Assembly (NCBI GenBank): GCA_031374415.1
Contig: JANMGB010000259.1
Span: forward strand, 5,169-69,168
DNA length: 64,000 nt
From: Burkholderiales bacterium
Lineage (GTDB): Bacteria > Pseudomonadota > Gammaproteobacteria > Burkholderiales > Burkholderiaceae_C
Direction of reading: 5' to 3'
Below the pieces are notes generated by a model that saw only the letters and a program-made list of their open reading frames with translations, made no database searches and had not been told where the DNA came from. Positions 43,546 to 51,248 of the stretch are shown one piece after another; within the stretch, counting starts at the first letter, position 1; each line of letters begins with the position of its first letter. The translations under genes were made by a program, and so were the position numbers.

Positions 43546-44556
43546 TTAGGGTCGATGATTGACAGAGGTGGGGACCACCCCCACCTCAATGCGCGACCGC
43601 CACAACGCTGATTGCCTGAAGAAGTCTGGCAAGTGCCGGGGGGGATCGGTATCCGGCTTGCGCTGCAACACCCGCCGCATGCGCCAAAGTGAAAAAGCGA
43701 CCATCCAAAAGATGTCCGTCAACGCAGCGTACAAACGGCCGTGATTTTTGACAAAGTAGCGGCGACGTGACTCAAACCAATAAGCTGGCAGGCGCTTCGG
43801 ACGGTCCGTCTTGTTGGTGACCCCCGTGCTTTGCCCTGCGATGTGCATGACACGACTTTGGGGAACGTACCAGCAATCCCATCCGGCTTGTTTGGCCTGC
43901 AGGCAGAAATCGGTCTCTTCAAAATACAGAAAATAGGACTCGTCCATCAAGCCAATAGCCTGGAAGACTTCGCGTCGAATCATCATGCTCGCGCCGGGGA
44001 GCCAATCAACCCGCTCGGGCGTTGAGCTCATCTGGCGCGCGAGAACATGCTTGGACAATAACTTGCTCACCACACCCAGACGCAAGCCGCTGTCAAACTC
44101 ACTCCAGAGGCTGGGGAAGCGAAAGGTCCAGGGCCACAGCGCACCGTGCTCGTCTTCCAAGCTGCTGCCAGTGATGCCGACCTGGGGGTGCTGTGCCATG
44201 AAATCGGTGAGGGCACCCAGGGCACCAGGGCGTACCAAGGTGTCTGGGTTGACCAGCCAATAAAAATCGGCTGGATGAGCAGAATAAAAGGAGGGTCGAA
44301 TGGCGACGTTGTTGCCATATGAGAAGCCCCCGTTGAGATCGGAGCGACTGAGTCGCACCCAATCCCCCCAGCCCGACTGGCGGATGTGCTCGGCAATCAA
44401 GTCGGCAGAGCCGTCTCCTGAGGCGTTGTCAACGACCACCACTTGCGTGCCAGGGTTGGCTTGTACCTCGCCTTGAAGCGAAGACAGGCAGTTCACGACC
44501 AAAGCGCCGCTTCGGTAGTTGACAATGATGATCAGTGTGGTCGGGGTGCTGCTCAC
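43546..44556 (-). CDS. family 2 glycosyltransferase (WbbL/rhamnosyltransferase-like)
   Basis: IIIVNYRSG...VVVVDNASGDGS, and YFLYFEETDFCLQAKQAGW. Starts 9 nt after the PKS stop. Confidence 0.85.
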   Translation of the reverse strand: MSSTPTTLIIIVNYRSGALVVNCLSSLQGEVQANPGTQVVVVDNASGDGSADLIAEHIRQSGWGDWVRLSRSDLNGGFSYGNNVAIRPSFYSAHPADFYWLVNPDTLVRPGALGALTDFMAQHPQVGITGSSLEDEHGALWPWTFRFPSLWSEFDSGLRLGVVSKLLSKHVLARQMSSTPERVDWLPGASMMIRREVFQAIGLMDESYFLYFEETDFCLQAKQAGWDCWYVPQSRVMHIAGQSTGVTNKTDRPKRLPAYWFESRRRYFVKNHGRLYAALTDIFWMVAFSLWRMRRVLQRKPDTDPPRHLPDFFRQSALWRSRIEVGVVPTSVNHRP

Positions 44557-44565
44557 GCGTACTCC

Positions 44566-47500
44566 TTAGGCCTTGCGGCTCGCATCTTGGGCCACAGCGG
44601 GTGGTGTCATTGCCTGAGAAGATGCCTTTTTCAGGGCGACATCGAGATGGCGTTGCATGCGGTCGGCCAAGACGCGGACATGGGGCTCTTGCAACATGGT
44701 TGAGTGACCGCCAGGGATGTCTTCGGCTGACACGGGTGTGGCGACGCGGCCCTGCCACCCGAGGAGGGGGTCAACGAATTTTTCGATGTAAGGGGCATCG
44801 GCCAGGGTGCCATCGCCCTTCATGGCGCGAAAGACCACCACGTCTGCGCGGCGCAAGATACCCTGAGGCACGTGCTCTTTGTGGGCGTGCTCGTAGACTT
44901 GCAGGTAGGTGATGTCGGGCGCCGGCATTTGGTCGTCGGCCCCGCCACCGGAGTGCTGGCGCAACTGCTGCACAACACGGGCATTGCGCGAGTCTTGCAA
45001 GCGTTTGGAGATTTCGTATTGGATCAGGTTGCGGCCCTTGCGCAGCACCATCGGAACAACCTTGACCCAACGACTCCACAGGGGCTCACCCTTGTCTTCG
45101 GAGACGGTATCTAGAAAACGGTGCAGCCGCGCTGAAGCGGTGCGAAATGGGCGCTCTTTGGCTTGTACATCGCCCGCATCGATGATGCCCACAAACTGTG
45201 TGGTCTCGCCGGCGTCGTCCAGTTGACGGGCCATTTCAAAGGCGATAACGCCCCCTGCGCACAAGCCGGTGAGGAAGTAGGGTCCATGGGCCTGCACCTG
45301 GCGGATCTGGGCCACATGGGCCGCGGCCATGGCGGAGATGGTGGTGTGCACCACCTTGCCGTCGGTGCGAATTTCGGGCTGCAACCCGTACACCGCTTGT
45401 TCGTGCCGCAGCGCAAGCGCCAAGGTGCGATACAACAAGGTTTCGCCGTTGCCGTCGTGCACGAAGAACAGCGGAGCGTGGGGCGTGCCTCCCGCGGGTG
45501 CCGGGCGAATGGTGATCAGTGTTTTACTCAGCACAGTGCGGGGCTTCGGTGACGCGCCCTCGACGGTGGTCGCCGCTTGGCCGGGTTCGGGCTTGGGCTC
45601 GATCAGGGCAGCCAGCGTTTCAACGGTGGGGGCTTCCAGCAGGGCGGTCAAGGGGAGCACCTTGCCGGTACGCTTTTTGAGTTTATTGATGACTTGCAAG
45701 GCGAGCAAGGAATGCCCACCCAGGTCAAAGAAGTTGGCCGAGGCGCTCACCCTCGCCACCCCCAGCATGTCGCCCCACATGTCGGCAATGAGGATTTCGG
45801 TGGCCGTGGTGGGGGCCACCCAATGGGGGTCATCAACGGGTGCAGCAGTGTCCTGCGATCGGGGCACAGCCGAAGGCAGTGGCGCCAAAACGGCCCTGAG
45901 GTCTTGGGCAGACACCACAACTTGGGGCCCCGCGCCTGCGGACAAAATGCGGTGCAGGGCTTGGATACCTTCAGCCGTGAGGATGCCTTGGGTCAGACCG
46001 AGCGCCAAGAGCTCGTTGGCCACCGCCTTGGGCTTTGACGTCACCGGGTGCGCGGGATGGCTGGGCGCCCCCGTGCTGCCGGCCAGGAGTGCTTTGTCAC
46101 GCACACGGATCATCAAAAATTCTTCGATGTCGACCAGCACGCGACCTTGCTCGTCCATGACGGAGATGTCGTAGGCCGCCAGATCACCGTTGGAGCCGTT
46201 GTCGCCTTTGTAGCGGATGTGGCTGAGGATGTGCGGTGGCAAGTCGGCCAGAATGCGCACGCGCCCGTAGGAGGCTGGCACGAAGAAATCAGTGCCCTCG
46301 TCAAAGCCCGGGATCAGCGCTTGGGCGCCCGCAGTGGCCATGTCCATCATGGCAGGGTGAAGCTTGAATTGAGTCAAATCAGCCTCGAAAGCGCTGGGCA
46401 AGCTCAAACGCGCCAGAGCCTCTTGGTGGCCAAAATCAATGCGACGCAGATTGCTCCAGCGGGGACCAAAGTCGAGGTGCAGGGGTTTTTCCGTGCCGTC
46501 GAAGACTTGCGCACGCGCGCGGCAACGCTCGGCTATCTGGGCCAGGGGAGCCAGCGCGACCACGCCGGGATCGACGTAACTGACTTCGCCCCGAACGTTC
46601 TCGACCCAGGCCCGGTCTTCAGGAACACCCGGCTGATGCCCCATGACCGTGAAGTGCTGTCCCTCGCTGCTGCGACGGAATTGCACGCGCAGTTCTTTGT
46701 CTTCTCCTTTGTGCACGACAAAGGGGGACAAGAAGGTGACGTCGCGCAGTTCAATGACCTGGGGGCCGGGTGCAGGGTGGTGCGCAAAGGCGGCACGCAC
46801 GAGTTCGAGGTAGCCGGTGCCGGGAATCAAGGCCTCGCCGCCTTTGATCCGGTGCTCATCGAGCAACCAATGGGTGGCAATGCTGAAGTGGCTGCTGTAC
46901 TCGCGCTCGTCGGGCGCGTCTTTGATGCACTCGGCGACCAGCGGATGCCCAACATGTGCCGAGGCGGGGGCGACCCAGCCCAGTTGCTGCGCCAGAGCCG
47001 CGGCCATACCAACCTCTTGCCATTGGCTCCAGTTGACGGCCACGGTGTGGGTACCGTCGCGGGTCATGCGGTCTTGGGCGTAGGCATCGAGGAAAGCGTT
47101 GGCGCTGGCGTAGTCGACCTGCCCCGCCAAACCGGCAAACGAGCTGATCGATGAAAACAGCACCATAAAGTCCAGCGGCGCATCTGCCTGCACAGCCTGG
47201 AAGGCGGCTTCGAGTACCACCGTGCCTTGAACCTTAGGCGCCCACACCGCTGACACGGTGGCATCGTCTTTGAGTTGGATCACGCCGTCGTTGAGCACAC
47301 CAGCGGTGTGGAACACCCCCTGCAGTGCGCCAAAACGCGCACGTGCTTGCTTGAGCAGGGTCTTCATGGCGTTGAGGTTCGTCACGTCGGCGGCGACCAC
47401 CATCACCTCGGCTCCGTGCGCTTCCAGGGCCATGATTTGGCGGATGCGTTTGGCGGTGGCGTTATGGGGATCGGTGCTTTGCAAGCAAGTGACCCAGTCT

Positions 47501-50500
47501 TTGCGCTCCGGCAAGGGGCTGCGGCCAACCAAAATCAGCTTGGCTTTGAGGGTGCTGGCGAGGTGCTCGGCCAAGGCCAAGCCCACACCGCCCAAGCCAC
47601 CCGTGATGAGGTAAACGCCCCCCGCGCGCAAGCCCGCTTGAATGGAGGGCGCGGCCAATGGGCTCGGGGCATAGCTTTGAACCCAGCGCGCCATGCCGCG
47701 GTAGGCCACCACATCTTCTTCTGCCGGGGCATGACACTCGTTAAGCAAGCACTCGATCAGTTGCCGCTCACGCACCGAGCCCTCGGGAGGTAAAAGGACG
47801 TCCACACTGTGGCAACGGATATTTGTGAACTCACGGGGGATGACCTTGCAAGGCCCCAGCACAGTGGCCTTGGCGGGCTGCAAGTGGGTTTCGCCGGCCA
47901 CGCGTTGCAGGTGATCCGTCACAACGCACCAATGCATGGGTTCACTGAGATCTTCATGGCCCACGGCTTGCGCCAAATGGAGCAAGCTGTCGAACCCTAA
48001 GCGGCGCAGCTCGTCGATGCCCCGCAGACCGGGGTCGATGGGCTTGTTGCCAGTGAGTGTCCAGAGGTGATACACGGTCTGGGGCGCATGACCTTCGGTG
48101 CTGAGGGTAGCGACGAGTCTGTCGTAGTGGTCTGGCTGGGCTGGATTGAGGGTGAACTCATCGCCTTTGCGCAGGTAGGTTTTGCCCGCGCGGACCACGC
48201 TGACATGGGCGCCGCCTTGACGCAGACGTTGAATAAGGCGCGTGCTCAGAGGGCTGTCGTCCGCCAGCACGCAGGTCGACGGCGTCGGCGCGTCTCCATC
48301 GGCAGCGGCGGGCTCCGCCGGTGTGACCACGGAGGGCAGCTCACGCTGCTGCCAGATCGGTTGGTAGAACCAATCGGCCAAATCACTGCGCTTGTCGAGG
48401 GTGGGCTCAGGGGCCAGGGTCAGGCTTTGACCCGGCTCAACCCAGTGGCGTTGGTGATCGAAGCAGTAGGTGGGAAGGGGCACGCGCAAGCGCTTTTCCT
48501 GGCCCCGCACGAGATCCCAGTCAACCGGTGCCCCCACGGCCCACAGGCGACCCAATACGCCGAGCACGAAGGCTTGGTCAGCCACGTCTTCATCAGGGTG
48601 GCGCAAGGAGTTGAGGACAGGCTGATCCGCCGCACGCGCCGGATGCTGCCGCGATAACGAAGCGAGAGTGCGGCCTGGGCCGACTTCCAGCAGCACGCGG
48701 CTTTTGTCTTCCAGCAGCACTTGCAGGCCATCGGCAAAGCGCACAGTGCGACGCAGGTGTTGCACCCAATATTGGGGATCGGTGGCTTGCTGTGCCGTCA
48801 TCCAGGTGCCGGTGACGTTGGAGATGATCGGCAGGGTGGGTGGCTTCATGGCGATGCGTTGGAAGAACGCACCGAACTCTTGAAGAATGGGCTCCAGCAT
48901 GCTGGAGTGCGCGGCCACGGAAATGCGCACGCGGGCAGCATCGATTTCTTGGCCAGCGAGTTGCTGCTGCAAGGCGTCGATGGCGGCCACCGGGCCAGAG
49001 GCCACCGACAGCTGCGGGCCGTTGAGCGCAGCGATGGACAACTCGGGGCCCATGAGAGCGAGTAGCTCGGCCTCGGGCAAGGGCACGCTGAGCATGCCGC
49101 CCTCGGGCAGGGTTTCAAACAGGCGCCCGCGCAAAGCCACCAGCCGCAACGCGTCCTCCAGACTGAACACGCCGGCGAGGTGAGCTGCCGTGTATTCGCC
49201 CATGCTGTGGCCGATCATGGCAGTGGGCTGCAGGCCCCAGGACATCCAGAGTTTGGCTTGGGCGTATTGGACGGTCAGCAAGCATGGCAAGGCCATGGAG
49301 GGGCGCTCAAGCAGCTGGGCGGCCGCTTTTTCTTGGCCGGCAGGCGGAAACAGCAGGCTCTTGAAGTCAGCCTGTTCGTGCCGCGCCAGCAAGGCCAGAC
49401 ATTCGTCGACCGCGTGGCGAAAGACTGACTCGCTGGCGTACAGGCCGGCGCCCATGGTGGGGTATTGAGCCCCCCCACCAGCGAACATAAAGGCCACAGT
49501 GCGCCCCCCGTCGGGTGCTGTTTCGGTGATGAGGCGTTTGGGGTCAGGGTGGGCCAGCGCATTGGCGGCATCTTGAACCGAGCTGCTGACAAGCACGCGC
49601 CGGCGGGTCATGGACTCGCGACCGACTTGCAGGGTGTAGGCCGCATCGGCCAACGACGTGTCGGGATACTCAGTGAAATGGGTGGCCAAAGCAGCCGTGT
49701 TGGCATCCAGCGCCGTGGCCGTCTTGGCCGACAGCAACAGAACCTGGTGCTCACGTGAGGGGCCGCTGCGCTCGCGCGCTGGGGCTTCTTCCAGAACGAT
49801 GTGCGCGTTGGTGCCACCGACACCCAGTGAGCTGACGCCAGCGCGGCGGGGCTGGCCGGATGGCGGTGTCCAGGGCTTGAGGCTGGCGTTGACGTAAAAC
49901 GGGCTGCGCTCAAACTCACACGCCGGGTTGGGTGATTTGAAGTGCAGCGAGGCAGGCAACTCGCGGTGTTGCATGGCCAGGGCCACTTTGATGAAACTGG
50001 CCACCCCGGCCGCGGTGTCGGTGTGACCGATGTTGCTTTTCACAGAGCCCACGCCACAGAAGCCTTTGGCATCGGTGCCTTGGCGGAAGGCTTGACTCAG
50101 CGCAGCGATTTCAATGGGGTCGCCCACTGGCGTACCCGTACCATGGGTTTCAACGTAAGAGATGGTCTCGGGCGACACGTTGGCCAGGGCCAGGGCCTCG
50201 GCGATGGCCTGAGCTTGACCATCGACGCTGGGTGCCAGGTAGCCCATCTTGCCCGAACCATCGTTGTTGATGGCAGACCCTTTGATGACCGCGTGAATAT
50301 GGTCACCGTCGTTGATGGCATCAGCCAACCGGCGCAAAACGACCACGCCGACTGCGCTGCCAAAGACAGTGCCTTTGGAGTCGGCATCGAAGGCATGGCA
50401 GTGACCATCGGGAGAGAGAATTTCACCCTCGTGATAGACGTAGCCATGGCGGTGGGGCAACTCGATGGTGACACCACCGGCCAGCACCATGTCGCACTCC

Positions 50501-51117
50501 CGGTTCAGCAGGCTTTGCACACCCGTGTGGATGGCCACAAGCGAGGTCGAGCAGGCCGTCTGAACGTTGACACTGGGGCCCTTGAGATTGAGCAGGTAGG
50601 ACACCCGTGTGGTCAGAAAGTCTTTGTCATTGCCCGTGTGGCGCACCAAGAAAAAACCAACGGCCTGCATCAGCTTGGGGTTGGTGAGCAGGTTGTAGGG
50701 CATGTAGGCGTTGTGGCCTGAGCCACCGAAGACGCCGATGGCGCCCGCAAAGCGACTGGGCACGTGGCCCGCGTTCTCCAGGGCCTCCCAAGCACACTCG
50801 AGGAAGTGTCGGTGCTGGGGGTCCATGATGGCAGCCTCACGGGGGCTGAAACCAAAGAAGGGGGCGTCGAACATCTCCATGTCAGGCAGTACCGCACCGC
50901 GCTTGACGTAGTTGGGGTTGCTCAGCAGTGTCGGACTGACCCCTGCGGCCAGCAACTCGTCATCAGTGAAGGTGGTCAGCGACTCTACGCCCTCACGCAG
51001 GTTGTGCCAGTACTGCGCAATGTTGCGCGCCCCTGGGAAACGCCCCGCCATGCCCACCACGGCGATGTCGGTGTCAAAGGTGTCACTGGTGTAGGCGTCG
51101 CTCATATCAAATCTCAT
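44566..51117 (-). CDS. type I polyketide synthase, KS-AT-KR-DH-T-TE (2183 aa)
   Basis: KS (TACSTSLVAIH, HGTGT, GHTDTAAG); AT (GHSMGEY); KR (GGLGGVGLALAEHL, YASANAF); PS-DH-like (LDEHRIKGGEALIPG); carrier (FFDLGGHSLL); TE (FFVHDGNGE, GLCAGG, GGH). Alternative start is the ATG at 51105. Confidence 0.93.
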   Translation of the reverse strand: MRFDMSDAYTSDTFDTDIAVVGMAGRFPGARNIAQYWHNLREGVESLTTFTDDELLAAGVSPTLLSNPNYVKRGAVLPDMEMFDAPFFGFSPREAAIMDPQHRHFLECAWEALENAGHVPSRFAGAIGVFGGSGHNAYMPYNLLTNPKLMQAVGFFLVRHTGNDKDFLTTRVSYLLNLKGPSVNVQTACSTSLVAIHTGVQSLLNRECDMVLAGGVTIELPHRHGYVYHEGEILSPDGHCHAFDADSKGTVFGSAVGVVVLRRLADAINDGDHIHAVIKGSAINNDGSGKMGYLAPSVDGQAQAIAEALALANVSPETISYVETHGTGTPVGDPIEIAALSQAFRQGTDAKGFCGVGSVKSNIGHTDTAAGVASFIKVALAMQHRELPASLHFKSPNPACEFERSPFYVNASLKPWTPPSGQPRRAGVSSLGVGGTNAHIVLEEAPARERSGPSREHQVLLLSAKTATALDANTAALATHFTEYPDTSLADAAYTLQVGRESMTRRRVLVSSSVQDAANALAHPDPKRLITETAPDGGRTVAFMFAGGGAQYPTMGAGLYASESVFRHAVDECLALLARHEQADFKSLLFPPAGQEKAAAQLLERPSMALPCLLTVQYAQAKLWMSWGLQPTAMIGHSMGEYTAAHLAGVFSLEDALRLVALRGRLFETLPEGGMLSVPLPEAELLALMGPELSIAALNGPQLSVASGPVAAIDALQQQLAGQEIDAARVRISVAAHSSMLEPILQEFGAFFQRIAMKPPTLPIISNVTGTWMTAQQATDPQYWVQHLRRTVRFADGLQVLLEDKSRVLLEVGPGRTLASLSRQHPARAADQPVLNSLRHPDEDVADQAFVLGVLGRLWAVGAPVDWDLVRGQEKRLRVPLPTYCFDHQRHWVEPGQSLTLAPEPTLDKRSDLADWFYQPIWQQRELPSVVTPAEPAAADGDAPTPSTCVLADDSPLSTRLIQRLRQGGAHVSVVRAGKTYLRKGDEFTLNPAQPDHYDRLVATLSTEGHAPQTVYHLWTLTGNKPIDPGLRGIDELRRLGFDSLLHLAQAVGHEDLSEPMHWCVVTDHLQRVAGETHLQPAKATVLGPCKVIPREFTNIRCHSVDVLLPPEGSVRERQLIECLLNECHAPAEEDVVAYRGMARWVQSYAPSPLAAPSIQAGLRAGGVYLITGGLGGVGLALAEHLASTLKAKLILVGRSPLPERKDWVTCLQSTDPHNATAKRIRQIMALEAHGAEVMVVAADVTNLNAMKTLLKQARARFGALQGVFHTAGVLNDGVIQLKDDATVSAVWAPKVQGTVVLEAAFQAVQADAPLDFMVLFSSISSFAGLAGQVDYASANAFLDAYAQDRMTRDGTHTVAVNWSQWQEVGMAAALAQQLGWVAPASAHVGHPLVAECIKDAPDEREYSSHFSIATHWLLDEHRIKGGEALIPGTGYLELVRAAFAHHPAPGPQVIELRDVTFLSPFVVHKGEDKELRVQFRRSSEGQHFTVMGHQPGVPEDRAWVENVRGEVSYVDPGVVALAPLAQIAERCRARAQVFDGTEKPLHLDFGPRWSNLRRIDFGHQEALARLSLPSAFEADLTQFKLHPAMMDMATAGAQALIPGFDEGTDFFVPASYGRVRILADLPPHILSHIRYKGDNGSNGDLAAYDISVMDEQGRVLVDIEEFLMIRVRDKALLAGSTGAPSHPAHPVTSKPKAVANELLALGLTQGILTAEGIQALHRILSAGAGPQVVVSAQDLRAVLAPLPSAVPRSQDTAAPVDDPHWVAPTTATEILIADMWGDMLGVARVSASANFFDLGGHSLLALQVINKLKKRTGKVLPLTALLEAPTVETLAALIEPKPEPGQAATTVEGASPKPRTVLSKTLITIRPAPAGGTPHAPLFFVHDGNGETLLYRTLALALRHEQAVYGLQPEIRTDGKVVHTTISAMAAAHVAQIRQVQAHGPYFLTGLCAGGVIAFEMARQLDDAGETTQFVGIIDAGDVQAKERPFRTASARLHRFLDTVSEDKGEPLWSRWVKVVPMVLRKGRNLIQYEISKRLQDSRNARVVQQLRQHSGGGADDQMPAPDITYLQVYEHAHKEHVPQGILRRADVVVFRAMKGDGTLADAPYIEKFVDPLLGWQGRVATPVSAEDIPGGHSTMLQEPHVRVLADRMQRHLDVALKKASSQAMTPPAVAQDASRKA
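44668..45486 (-). other. PKS thioesterase domain with Cys at the nucleophile position (approx.)
   Basis: aa ~1878-2150. GPYFLTGLCAGGVIAFEMA has the Cys1953 codon at 45259-45261. C-terminal GGHSTM. Confidence 0.8.
45598..45825 (-). other. PKS carrier (T/ACP) domain with PCP-like GGHSL motif (approx.)
   Basis: aa ~1765-1840. FFDLGGHSLLALQV with Ser1803. Confidence 0.8.
46093..46956 (-). other. PKS dehydratase (PS-DH, hot-dog) domain located after the KR (approx.)
   Basis: aa ~1388-1675. HPLVAECI...HWLLDEHRIKGGEALIPGTGYLEL resembles the LxxHxxxGxxxxP block. Confidence 0.65.
47083..47625 (-). other. PKS ketoreductase catalytic subdomain (approx.)
   Basis: aa ~1165-1345. NADPH site TGGLGGVG; catalytic Tyr context VDYASANAF. 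Confidence 0.8.
48538..49500 (-). other. PKS acyltransferase domain (approx.)
   Basis: aa ~540-860. GHSMGEY has Ser637. The downstream motif reads VAAHSSM rather than HAFH or YASH. Confidence 0.8.
49783..51072 (-). other. PKS ketosynthase domain (approx.)
   Basis: aa ~16-445. Active Cys at aa 189 in TACSTS; His motifs HGTGT and NIGHT. Confidence 0.85.
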
Positions 51118-51248
51118 TCCACGGGCGCTTTATGCGCCCGTTTCCAAACTGTCATACAAACCAAAACTCGCGAGCACGGTGCTCGCCAACATGCGCCTCG
51201 CGCGGCAAAGCACGGTCACCTGATCATCGGTGCCCTGCTTTTCGCAGC

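Noticed and set aside
51118-51248. Hairpin GGGCGC-N5-GCGCCC (about 51122-51138) between the NRPS and PKS genes as a terminator.
   Set aside because: On the coding (minus) strand it is not followed by a U-tract. It lies 4-16 nt before the PKS start, so at most it is an mRNA structure near the ribosome-binding site.
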